A stretch of DNA of 45,577 nucleotides from Candidatus Woesearchaeota archaeon (GCA_013331695.1 DUFX01000036.1:1-45577), one strand, 5' to 3'; positions 25,637 through 33,485 are shown, numbered from the stretch's first letter. The notes: a model not told the origin generated them from the letters alone. A program made the numbers and translations.

Positions 25637-28600
25637 AAACAACAACCCATCTTGGAACGAGAACAACACGGATTTTGTTACTGATACTTATACTCCTTTT
25701 CTCTTTACCGGTTGTCTTTGCAAATACGGTTGAACGTTCCTTTTCTACACAAACCGTTCAACCACAAACTGAAATAACTGTTACGCTGACGATTGATGTA
25801 ACCGAAGCACAATTCTACAGCTGGCAAGAAACCGTTCCTGCGGGATGGACGATTGTACGAACCTCTCGAGGGCAAATTGCGGGAAGAACGATTGCCGATG
25901 TTGTCTTTGGTGGTGTTCAAGATACAACTGCCGAATATGTTGTTCGATCGCCTGATGCTCTGGGTCCTCATGCTTTCAGAGGAACATACATGTTTAGTGG
26001 AATGGCGCAAGAAGTACCGATTGCAGGACCTGATACGGTAACGGTACAAGCTCGCCTTGGTGGTGCGGGTGCTCCTTGTGGCGTTGATGCAGATTGCGGC
26101 GCTGATAACTTATTTTGCGTTGACTTTGTGTGCGACTCCTCCCTATGTACTGATACTGATGGGGAGAACTCGCCAATAGTTGCAGGTGTTGCAACCTTGG
26201 ATAATGAGGTTGCTGTTGATGTTGTTAAAAAGGATGAATGTTTTAATCCTAGTCAGACAAACGAATGGTACTGTCTTTCTCCTGAAGGCGGTTTGGCTAA
26301 CCTTCATGTTCCTTGTCCTGAAGGAACAACGTGTCAACCAAATGCTGAGGGTATTGGCGTGTGTCGAGCAGCTCCGCCCCCACCCCCACCCCCACCTGGC
26401 GGTGGTTTAGGAACTCTTGATCAAGCGTGTCGTCGTGCTGAACCCAAATGTGATGTGAATCTTGTATGTAATCTAGACAATATTTGTGAAGAAGCACCGC
26501 CTCCTGCTGAGCATTGCACCGATTCTGATAATGGTGATACTCCTGCTGTTCAAGGTACCACGCATGCAAGAGGTGGTCCTGGTGCTGAATTTATTGACTT
26601 CACTGACCGATGTGATGGAAATGTTTTGACTGAATTTGCTTGCGGAGCAGATGATATTCTCTCTGAATTTACTCATGATTGCAGCGCCGAAGGAAAGATA
26701 TGTCAAAATGGCGCTTGTGTTTTAGAAGAAGCAGGTGAAGTCCATCTTGGGGGAGGTGCATTAACATGTAACGATCCTTGTGTTCCTGAACTCGTGAATG
26801 CTTGCCGTCAATTTGTTGAAGATGAGGCACAGCGTCCTCAGCTTGTTCCTTGTGTGATGAGTGCTCTTGGTCGTGCCGATGCTCCTGTTGTTTGTCGTCT
26901 TGATCCTGCATGTGCTACACTTTTCCGTGAAGCAGAACTGTGCAACGTGCTTGAGGCCGGTGCAAAACAAACGTGTTTGAATGAAGTGCAAACTCGTCAT
27001 GCTGCTATTGCTGGAACGTGTGGTAGTCAACTCACGGACTTAACATATTGCTTGATTAGTCAAGGATTTAATGCAGGTGGTCTTGGCCAAGCTTGCCTTG
27101 ACAATCGTTGTTTAGAAGGATTTGGCTGTGATGCTCAAGAGATTTGTAGAAAACAATGTGAAAATAGTGATGTTTGCGACGTTGCGGGTGGAGAAAGTTG
27201 TAGGGAAGGCTTGTGTGTTGTTCCGCCACCACCTGTGGGAATCTTAGGCAGAGTATGTCGTGATGCTGAACCGAAGTGCGACGTGGGACTTGTCTGTAAT
27301 GCAGAAAATGTTTGTGAAGAAGCTCCTCCTGAAGAACCTATTCCTAAGCAAGAAGGAGAGGCTTGTGGTCCTGGTGATGTGTGTCGTGAAGGTTTGGGCT
27401 GTTATGGAGATATCTGTCAAACTTCTTCATGTACTGATACGGATGAAGCAGATGATCCTGCAGTTCCTGGTGTTGCGACCTTGGACAATTCAGTCAGTGA
27501 TGATATCGTGCATAACGATGCGTGTGTTGAAGGTCAAAATCAAGTAACGCAATTCTCTTGCGATGCTTTTGGTGGTATAAGCGAAAGTACGGTTGCATGT
27601 CCACCAGATACAACGTGTCAACCAAATGCTGAGGGTATTGGCGTGTGTCAGGGTGGAGAACCTGTTGTCGGACCTGCTCTTGTCTGCCTCGATCCTGACG
27701 GATTTGATACCTCTATTCGTAGTGTTACCTTTATGGGAGATCATGAATTTGCAGATCAATGTATTTCCGATGATACCTTACTTGAAGGCACCTGTAATGC
27801 AGACGGTAATGATATTGTTGATGTGCGTGTGCTCTGTCCAAATGGTTGTGAAGGTGGCGGATGTAGAATAGCTCCTCCTGACGGTGATTTAGGAACTCTT
27901 GGTCAGAGTTGCCGTGATGCTGATCCGAAGTGCGACGTGGGACTTGTATGTAATCTAGACAATATTTGTGAAGAGGTTGGAGGACCACCGGGTGCCGGCG
28001 GGGGAGCAGGTTCTCTTTCCTGTGAAGATCCTTGTGTTCCTCAACTGCTTGAATCATGTAGAAATCTTGTTGAACCCGAGGAAACACGGGAGCAACTTGT
28101 TCCTTGTGTGATGGATGCAATGATTCGTGCAGAAGCTCCTGTGCAATGTACGCTTGCTGATGGGTGTCTCAATGCAATTCGTGAAGGTCGTGCTTGCGAA
28201 GCGCTTCCTGAAGCTGAACGTCAAGCCTGTACAGCGGAAGTGAATACGCGTCATGCTGCTCTTCTTGGAACGTGTGGTAGTCAACTCACGGACTTAACAT
28301 ATTGCTTGATTAGTCAAGGATTTAATGCAGGTGGTCTTGGCCAAGCTTGCCTTGACAATCGTTGTTTAGAAGGATTTGGCTGTGATGCTCAAGAGATTTG
28401 TAGAAAACAATGTGAAAATAGTGATGTTTGCGACGTTGCGGGTGGAGAAAGTTGTATTGAAGGGCTCTGTGTTATCCCCCCACCTCCTGTTGGAATTTTA
28501 GGAACAGCATGCCGTGATGCTGATCCGAAATGTGATGCAGATCTTGTTTGTGATCCAGAAAATATTTGTTCAACCCCGCCTCCAGTTTGTGAAGATAATG

Positions 28601-29907
28601 ACGGCTTTAATCTTGCTGAAGCCGGAGAAGTGCATATCGGAAACTTCAGTTTTGTTGACGTCTGTCTCGACGAAAATAATTTGCTTGAAGCAGTCTGCAC
28701 ACCTGAGAACGATGATGTGCTTGATGTCCGAGCTGTCTGCGAACATGGCTGTGCAGAAGGCATTTGCTTGCAACCTGTTCCTTGTACTGACACTGATGGC
28801 GGTGAAGACGATCAAATCTATCGCGTTGGAAATGTTTTAGATGCAGAAGGAACGATTCTTGCTCGCGATGCGTGTGCTCCTGATGCACTTACTTTGCGAG
28901 AAGGCATGTGTGTTAATGGAACCATGCAGGTTGCTGATATTACCTGCGATGAAATGTGCTTTGCAAATGCTTGTACGCGTCCGCCTCCACCTCGTGAAGA
29001 GAGGGAAGATGAAGAAGACGAAGTTGAACCGCAAGAAGACGGAGGAGAAGAAGGTGGAGAAGAACGTCGTGGCGGATCTGGCGGATCACGTGATGATAAT
29101 AGTGGTCGCAGTGCAGGAGATCGTGGCCGTAGCAGTGGCGGCGATGACGGGGGAGGCGGTCGCGGACGTCAACGTTACGCGGGTTATGCTCCTGGCGGAT
29201 TCCCTGGCTGTGGAGATCGCTACTGTGATAGCCGCTTTGGTGAGAATGTTGTTACGTGTTCTGCTGATTGTGCTGTTCCTGGACAAGCTCCGCTTGTTCC
29301 ACCTGTAGCACCTCCTGGTCCTTCCCTGCCTCAAGTTGGAGTGGGTGGGCCGCCAAGCAGACCCTTGTCTGAACCAACTCCGCCACCACCTCAGCAGCTG
29401 AGGTATGGAGATACAGGACCTTCCCTTGCTGAACTGCAGATTCCTGAAGCTCAAAGAGGCGCAGAGTTTGACGTCGGTGAAGCATACGTGCCAGAGGAAA
29501 TACACGGTATAACTAAGATGGATATAGCGAGCTATATCTTTTTAGGTCTTGCATTGCTCGTATTAATCGGCGGAGGAACTGCAGGATACTTTGTGTACGC
29601 TCGATCCCATGCGAAGTTTGAGAAACTCAGACAATACGTTGAGTATTACAACAAACAAGGGTACACCAAGACAGCGATGCAGCAGCATCTCCAGAATTAT
29701 GGAGTGACACCTGACTATTTGGATAAACTCTACGGTGCTCTTGAAAAACAACAAGCCAAACAAACCGGTGCACTCGGTGCTCCTGTTACTAGCTCAGCAG
29801 AGCAAAGCTTCGGCGAAAAAATGAGCGGTGCCTGGCAGTCCTTCAAGTTTAAGATGCAGGATACTTGGGAAAGCATCATGTCTAAGTTTAGGAAGAAGGA
29901 GACGTAA
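25633..29907 (+). CDS. giant (1424 aa) modular Cys-rich surface protein with a C-terminal TM anchor and cytoplasmic tail
   Basis: The ATGA start overlaps the stop of the upstream gene. Signal peptide ILLLILILLFSLPVVFA. N-terminal beta-sandwich domain (ETVPAGWTIV). About 7 CxD(T/S/N)DG modules, 4 small LG(T/R)xCRDA(E/D)PKCD knots, and 2 copies of a ~150-aa Cys-rich unit. Poly-Pro linkers and a D/E/G/R-rich tract. TM helix IASYIFLGLALLVLIGGGTAGYFVYA, followed by a ~110-aa tail. Confidence 0.85.
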   Translation: MKTTTHLGTRTTRILLLILILLFSLPVVFANTVERSFSTQTVQPQTEITVTLTIDVTEAQFYSWQETVPAGWTIVRTSRGQIAGRTIADVVFGGVQDTTAEYVVRSPDALGPHAFRGTYMFSGMAQEVPIAGPDTVTVQARLGGAGAPCGVDADCGADNLFCVDFVCDSSLCTDTDGENSPIVAGVATLDNEVAVDVVKKDECFNPSQTNEWYCLSPEGGLANLHVPCPEGTTCQPNAEGIGVCRAAPPPPPPPPGGGLGTLDQACRRAEPKCDVNLVCNLDNICEEAPPPAEHCTDSDNGDTPAVQGTTHARGGPGAEFIDFTDRCDGNVLTEFACGADDILSEFTHDCSAEGKICQNGACVLEEAGEVHLGGGALTCNDPCVPELVNACRQFVEDEAQRPQLVPCVMSALGRADAPVVCRLDPACATLFREAELCNVLEAGAKQTCLNEVQTRHAAIAGTCGSQLTDLTYCLISQGFNAGGLGQACLDNRCLEGFGCDAQEICRKQCENSDVCDVAGGESCREGLCVVPPPPVGILGRVCRDAEPKCDVGLVCNAENVCEEAPPEEPIPKQEGEACGPGDVCREGLGCYGDICQTSSCTDTDEADDPAVPGVATLDNSVSDDIVHNDACVEGQNQVTQFSCDAFGGISESTVACPPDTTCQPNAEGIGVCQGGEPVVGPALVCLDPDGFDTSIRSVTFMGDHEFADQCISDDTLLEGTCNADGNDIVDVRVLCPNGCEGGGCRIAPPDGDLGTLGQSCRDADPKCDVGLVCNLDNICEEVGGPPGAGGGAGSLSCEDPCVPQLLESCRNLVEPEETREQLVPCVMDAMIRAEAPVQCTLADGCLNAIREGRACEALPEAERQACTAEVNTRHAALLGTCGSQLTDLTYCLISQGFNAGGLGQACLDNRCLEGFGCDAQEICRKQCENSDVCDVAGGESCIEGLCVIPPPPVGILGTACRDADPKCDADLVCDPENICSTPPPVCEDNDGFNLAEAGEVHIGNFSFVDVCLDENNLLEAVCTPENDDVLDVRAVCEHGCAEGICLQPVPCTDTDGGEDDQIYRVGNVLDAEGTILARDACAPDALTLREGMCVNGTMQVADITCDEMCFANACTRPPPPREEREDEEDEVEPQEDGGEEGGEERRGGSGGSRDDNSGRSAGDRGRSSGGDDGGGGRGRQRYAGYAPGGFPGCGDRYCDSRFGENVVTCSADCAVPGQAPLVPPVAPPGPSLPQVGVGGPPSRPLSEPTPPPPQQLRYGDTGPSLAELQIPEAQRGAEFDVGEAYVPEEIHGITKMDIASYIFLGLALLVLIGGGTAGYFVYARSHAKFEKLRQYVEYYNKQGYTKTAMQQHLQNYGVTPDYLDKLYGALEKQQAKQTGALGAPVTSSAEQSFGEKMSGAWQSFKFKMQDTWESIMSKFRKKET
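27013..27202 (+). repeat. intragenic perfect repeat, copy 1 (190 bp)
   Basis: Identical to 28267-28456 (offset 1254 nt, in frame). Encodes GTCGSQLTDLTYCLISQGFNAGGLGQACLDNRCLEGFGCDAQEICRKQCENSDVCDVAGGESC. Confidence 0.9.
28267..28456 (+). repeat. intragenic perfect repeat, copy 2 (190 bp)
   Basis: Identical to 27013-27202. The flanking parts of the duplicated ~150-aa unit have diverged. Confidence 0.9.
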
Positions 29908-30846
29908 TCATTGTTTTGAGAAAGAAGAAAGAAGATTATGCAGTTCTTCGTCGTTTTTTATGGTATTAAGTTTTCCCCGCAACGTTGCTGCATGCGAATA
30001 TCCTTTCGTAAAATGCTGTGCACATTGGCGGACATAAGCGAAGTTGTCAAGCTGATATTTTTTGAGCAGTTCGACATAGCGAAAAAATAATTGCAACTGT
30101 TCTTGGAGCGTGGGTTTAGGAATAAGCTCTCCTGTTTTGAGATACGTCACACAGCGTTTGAAAATGTGAGGATCTCCGATGGCTCCCCGTGCAATCATGA
30201 CATAATCACATCCGGTTTGCTCCCTCATTGCAACAACGTGCTGTGGTTCGGTGACATCGCCATTGCCGACAACAGGAATAGAAACTGCTTCCTTGACTTT
30301 TTTAATCATACTCCAGTCTGCTTTTCCAGAATACCCTTGTTCTTTGGTTCTCCCATGCACTGCAATCATTTTTACTCCTGCTTCCTCTGCTTTTTTTGCA
30401 ACGTCAACTGCTGTGATATTATTGTTGGTAATTCCCAGCCGAATCTTGCAGGTGATCGGGAATCCTGTTTCGCACAATGGTTTCAGGAGATCATGTACTT
30501 TTTGCGGATTGTTGAGCAGAGCAGATCCTCCTCCGCAGGCCATGATCTTACTGCTGGGGCATCCAAAATTGATATCCACAAAATCGCAGGTGTGTTTGAC
30601 AAGCTCAATGCTCTTTTTCAGATTGACTGCATCAGAACCGAAGAATTGGATGCCAACAGGCCGTTCTTTTTCAACGACAACAATGCGCTTGTTTTCCTCA
30701 GGATTTCGCACCACCCCTTCTGCGCTTGCAAATTCAGTCAGCACTAAGGCAGCTCCCATTTCTTTACAGAGTAATCTGAACGCTACATTCGTCACATCTG
30801 CCATGGGCGAGAGGACAAGGGGATTCTTCAGTTTCAGGAAAGTCAT
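29908..30846 (-). CDS. dus: tRNA-dihydrouridine synthase (Dus family)
   Basis: LSPMADVTNVAFRLL, INFGCPSSKI and VHGRTKEQGYSGKADW fit a Dus FMN TIM barrel. Its stop codon directly abuts the stop of the convergent giant gene (TAATCA at 29905-29910). Confidence 0.9.
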   Translation of the reverse strand: MTFLKLKNPLVLSPMADVTNVAFRLLCKEMGAALVLTEFASAEGVVRNPEENKRIVVVEKERPVGIQFFGSDAVNLKKSIELVKHTCDFVDINFGCPSSKIMACGGGSALLNNPQKVHDLLKPLCETGFPITCKIRLGITNNNITAVDVAKKAEEAGVKMIAVHGRTKEQGYSGKADWSMIKKVKEAVSIPVVGNGDVTEPQHVVAMREQTGCDYVMIARGAIGDPHIFKRCVTYLKTGELIPKPTLQEQLQLFFRYVELLKKYQLDNFAYVRQCAQHFTKGYSHAATLRGKLNTIKNDEELHNLLSSFSKQ

Positions 30847-30934
30847 GGGGTGTGGAACAAAGAGAAAATATAAAAAGGGTGCGGTTATTAAACCGGTATT
30901 CTTAAACGAGTCTCAAAGATGAGGTGGTGATGTT

Positions 30935-31366
30935 ATGGATCTCAGCAAAATCAATTATGTTGGAATTAAAGAGATTACTGCAGATGAAAAACAAGATCTT
31001 GATGTGCTTCTTGCCCGGTTGTTCCCCAAACTTGAGCGCAAGCTTCCAGAAATGAGCGATGTTACCCTTCATATTAAAACCTATCAAAAAGGGGGAAACC
31101 GGAAAAAGTATTCTCTCCATCTGCGTATTTGTGCAGGAAAAAAGGTGTTTGAAGCCCATCATCCTGACTGGGATCTTCGGACTGCTACGCATCGAGTTTT
31201 CAACGAGATGCTGTCTCAGCTTGATCATCAGCTCCACACGAGCGATCAACGGCCGAAAGATCTCTTGAGGCGGACGCTCAAAGCCATCACCCCTGGATTT
31301 GCAGAAGACATGGGTATTCGCGTAAAAAAGAGGTTTGGCAATCTGTTTTCTCGAGGAAGAAAATAG
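30935..31366 (+). CDS. hypothetical protein with an HPF/RaiA (ribosome hibernation factor)-like pattern
   Basis: INYVGIKEITADEKQDL...FPKLERKLPEMSDVTLHIK...YSLHLRICAGKKVFEAHHPDWDLRTATHRVFNEMLSQLDHQL parallels the beta-alpha-beta-beta-beta-alpha pattern of E. coli HPF (NITG..VEIT...KLE...V.V.LK...A.L.V.G....A......AID...DKL.RQL). A GAGGTGGTGA Shine-Dalgarno sequence lies upstream. Confidence 0.45.
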   Translation: MDLSKINYVGIKEITADEKQDLDVLLARLFPKLERKLPEMSDVTLHIKTYQKGGNRKKYSLHLRICAGKKVFEAHHPDWDLRTATHRVFNEMLSQLDHQLHTSDQRPKDLLRRTLKAITPGFAEDMGIRVKKRFGNLFSRGRK

Positions 31367-31467
31367 GCGTAACAAGGTGTAAAATAGAAGTAAACCGAGA
31401 TCTCAACTCCTTCCTGCCTGGAGCAAAGCTTTATAAAGAAACTACTTTACCATAATTTCTCAATAAC

Positions 31468-31542
31468 AGCGGGATGGGGCAGCTAGGAGTGCCCGTTGGG
31501 CTCATAACCCAAAGGTCGAAGGTTCAAATCCTTCTCCCGCTA
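31468..31542 (+). tRNA. initiator tRNA-Met(CAU), archaeal type (A1:U72)
   Basis: AGCGGGA-TG-GGGC-AGCTAGGA-GTGCCC-G-TTGGG-CTCATAA-CCCAA-AGGTC-GAAGG-TTCAAAT-CCTTC-TCCCGCT-A. The three G:C pairs at the base of the anticodon stem and the AGCGGG 5' end are typical of archaeal initiators. Confidence 0.9.
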
Positions 31543-31554
31543 TACGCTTCTGTT

Positions 31555-31671
31555 ATTGAAAATTTGCGCAAGGGTCGAAAACCCCGCACTTCAGTGCGCA
31601 AATTTTCAATGCTCAAAAATTCTTTGAATTTTTGGCAGCCAAAAATCTTCGATTTTTGAGCTCCCAAAAAT
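31555..31671. repeat. inverted-repeat cluster: a 16-bp perfect IR plus five alternating CAAAAAT boxes
   Basis: ATTGAAAATTTGCGCA (31555-31570) pairs with TGCGCAAATTTTCAAT (31595-31610). CAAAAAT and its complement ATTTTTG alternate at 31614, 31628, 31640, 31652 and 31665, with a 12-14 nt period. Confidence 0.85.
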
Positions 31672-31803
31672 GCGCCCAAGTAAATTGCGAGCCAACAAAA
31701 ACTGAGTACCGCGTACGGATGATGGCGAGCAGATCAATCGTTTGGGTGCATTTTTGTTATACAAACTTATTTTGCTACGTACTTCATAACAATAATTCCT
31801 TCT

Positions 31804-31947
31804 GCTGCATCACCCATCACGCGCCACATCGTGGCGCGTTTTAGCCCCGGCACGCATATTGCGTGCCGGGAACTTGTCATAACAAGACCCGCGCTCGGAG
31901 CGAGCGCGGGGCAAGGCCACGCTTCGCGTGGCAGGGAATGATGCAGC
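31804..31947. repeat. 144-nt GC-rich multi-hairpin element: a closing helix encloses four perfect GC-rich palindromes and one short hairpin
   Basis: Closing helix: GCTGCATCA-CCC (31804-31815) with GGG-aa-TGATGCAGC (31934-31947). Hairpins: 31819-31839 (9 bp, loop ATC), 31846-31870 (11 bp, loop TAT), 31873-31886 (5 bp), 31888-31910 (10 bp, loop GAG) and 31916-31932 (7 bp, loop TTC). All pairs are Watson-Crick, so the strand cannot be determined. Confidence 0.85.
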
Positions 31948-31958
31948 CAAGGAGTTGG

Positions 31959-32028
31959 TTTTATTTTTAGTGAGTAAAAAATAAAGAAATTGATTATACA
32001 AAATGAGTATAGAACAAAAATAAAAAAA
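31959..32028. other. 70-bp very AT-rich tract flanked by CCAA(G/T)(G/A)(A)GTTGG-like boxes; candidate DNA unwinding element
   Basis: The tract ttttatttttagtgagtaaaaaataaagaaattgattatacaaaatgagtatagaacaaaaataaaaaaa has roughly 15-20% GC by eye. CCAAGGAGTTGG lies at 31947-31958, CCAATAGGTTGG at 32029-32040, and an inverted CCAATAGGT at 32066-32074. Confidence 0.4.
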
Positions 32029-32297
32029 CCAATAGGTTGGCACTGAGGTGATGAAGAATGCCCTGACCTATTGGTTGTACTCAAATGAGGCGATGGTTCC
32101 GTAAAACTCCGCTATTGAAGAGGCAAGGTTCGGAGTTTTACGTCTCATTGAGCATGATGAGCATCATAGAGGAGTGTCTCTATCGTCAGTTCTCTTGATG
32201 CTCTTCACCACCTCTTTTTTCCATTTTCCCCAACCCTTTAATGGATGAGGGAAAAAGCCTAACTTGTGTGACTAGGATGCAATCTGATTCAATGAAC

Positions 32298-33485
32298 TTA
32301 TATGCTGTCTCTCAGCATCTTGACCACTTTATTTTTGAGCGCGCTGTCAAGCGTCACTTCAATCTTCCGCGTCTTCTTTTTCAGGTCGGCAAGCCAGCCG
32401 ACTTCTGAGCGAATCAAACCCAGATCATTCAAATTAATGACCAGCGAACGTACTCTTCGCTCTGACAACGGCTGCATATTATAGGATTGACACGTTTCTT
32501 TATACTGTCGGAAGACATCCATCCCTGCAAGTCGGTCTTCACGTTGCTTCAGGATCGAGTAATACACCAATTTTTGATGCTGTGTCAATGACTTAACAAC
32601 CGAAAGGACGCTGTCCCGTTCTAGCGAACTATCCGCTTCATTGACATGTTCAAGTGTAATCTTGCTGTGCTGCCGCGCAACTGCCATTTTTGCACAGCTG
32701 TCCAACAGTTCAAGCGCTCGCCGTGCATCGCCGTCGCGCTGGGATTCAATTTGTGCAACTTTCCTCAGGACTTGATCACTCACCACATTTTTTTTGAATC
32801 CATATTTTGCACGATCGCGAATAATATCATACAATTCTTGTTCATTATAAGGTCTAAAGACAATCTTCACGCGCCCCAGCGAGGATTGGGTTTTCGGTTT
32901 AATATACTCATCAACCCGCACATCATTGGAAATGATGATCGTGGAAACATTTGTTTTGGTCTTGTTATGAATTCTGCTGAGCCGATACAGGACATCGTCT
33001 CCTGCTTCGCGAAGGACATAGTCCACTTCATCAAGGATGAAGACCAGCTGGGTGTTTGCATGTTGCTTCAGCACTCGCTCAAATTCTGCAACTGCCTTTG
33101 CGCGATTCCACCCCATCTTAGGATACTCGCGTTGGGAATCCAATTGTTTGAGGAGTTCGAGGAGAATCGTTGTTTCAGTCCGATTTTCAGAACAATTTAC
33201 ATAACAACTCACGAGTTTGATGCTGTTCTGCTGCGCCTCCTGCTCCAGCTCTTTCAGCAGACTCAGAATCAATCCGGTTTTTCCTGTTCCGGGATTGCCA
33301 TAGACTGCTGCGCAGATCACTGGGCTCTGCATAAGGATCGGAGCAAGCTCCATCACCAGTTCATTTTTCTCTTCATTGCGATGCAGGAAGCCTTCAGGAG
33401 GCTCCAATGCATACAGCACATCCCGGCGCTGATAAATCGGATTTTTCAGCACCGAGGCAAAGGTCATACTTGGCTTCTGTTCCAT
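32298..33485 (-). CDS. cdc6: Orc1/Cdc6 replication initiator (AAA+ plus C-terminal winged helix)
   Basis: Walker A: YGNPGTGKTG. Walker B: VFILDEVDY. Sensor and winged-helix region: GDARRALELL. The ATG at 33485 is preferred over the track TTG at 33494. The palindromic TATA box TTTATAAA lies at 33523-33530. Confidence 0.92.
   Translation of the reverse strand: MEQKPSMTFASVLKNPIYQRRDVLYALEPPEGFLHRNEEKNELVMELAPILMQSPVICAAVYGNPGTGKTGLILSLLKELEQEAQQNSIKLVSCYVNCSENRTETTILLELLKQLDSQREYPKMGWNRAKAVAEFERVLKQHANTQLVFILDEVDYVLREAGDDVLYRLSRIHNKTKTNVSTIIISNDVRVDEYIKPKTQSSLGRVKIVFRPYNEQELYDIIRDRAKYGFKKNVVSDQVLRKVAQIESQRDGDARRALELLDSCAKMAVARQHSKITLEHVNEADSSLERDSVLSVVKSLTQHQKLVYYSILKQREDRLAGMDVFRQYKETCQSYNMQPLSERRVRSLVINLNDLGLIRSEVGWLADLKKKTRKIEVTLDSALKNKVVKMLRDSI

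Noticed and set aside
30091-30922. Two plus-strand ORFs of 218 and 223 aa.
   Set aside because: They lie antisense to the Dus gene and have no motifs. The 157-aa minus-strand ORF at 30902-31375, antisense to the HPF-like gene, is rejected for the same reason.
31931-31958. GGCAGGGAATGATGCAGCCAAGG resembles part of the bacterial 4.5S/SRP RNA helix 8 (…GGAAGCAGCCAAGG…).
   Set aside because: There is no GNAR tetraloop with flanking complementary stem, no symmetric or asymmetric loop arrangement, and no long helix 5 partner. The 10-nt identity is probably chance, and the sequence is already used in the closing helix of the hairpin cluster.
32029-32074. C/D-box sRNA-like motifs (GTGATGA ... CTGA) inside a 9-bp terminal stem.
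   Set aside because: The C box is not adjacent to the 5' stem. There is only 8 nt between the boxes, so no 10-12 nt guide. No C'/D' pair is arranged correctly.
31474-32084. Track ORFs at 31474-31659 and 31632-31844 (+), and at 31767-32084 and 31810-32043 (-).
   Set aside because: The first overlaps tRNA-iMet. The others are read through palindromes and AT-rich tracts, and their translations look random. The region is better explained as non-coding.
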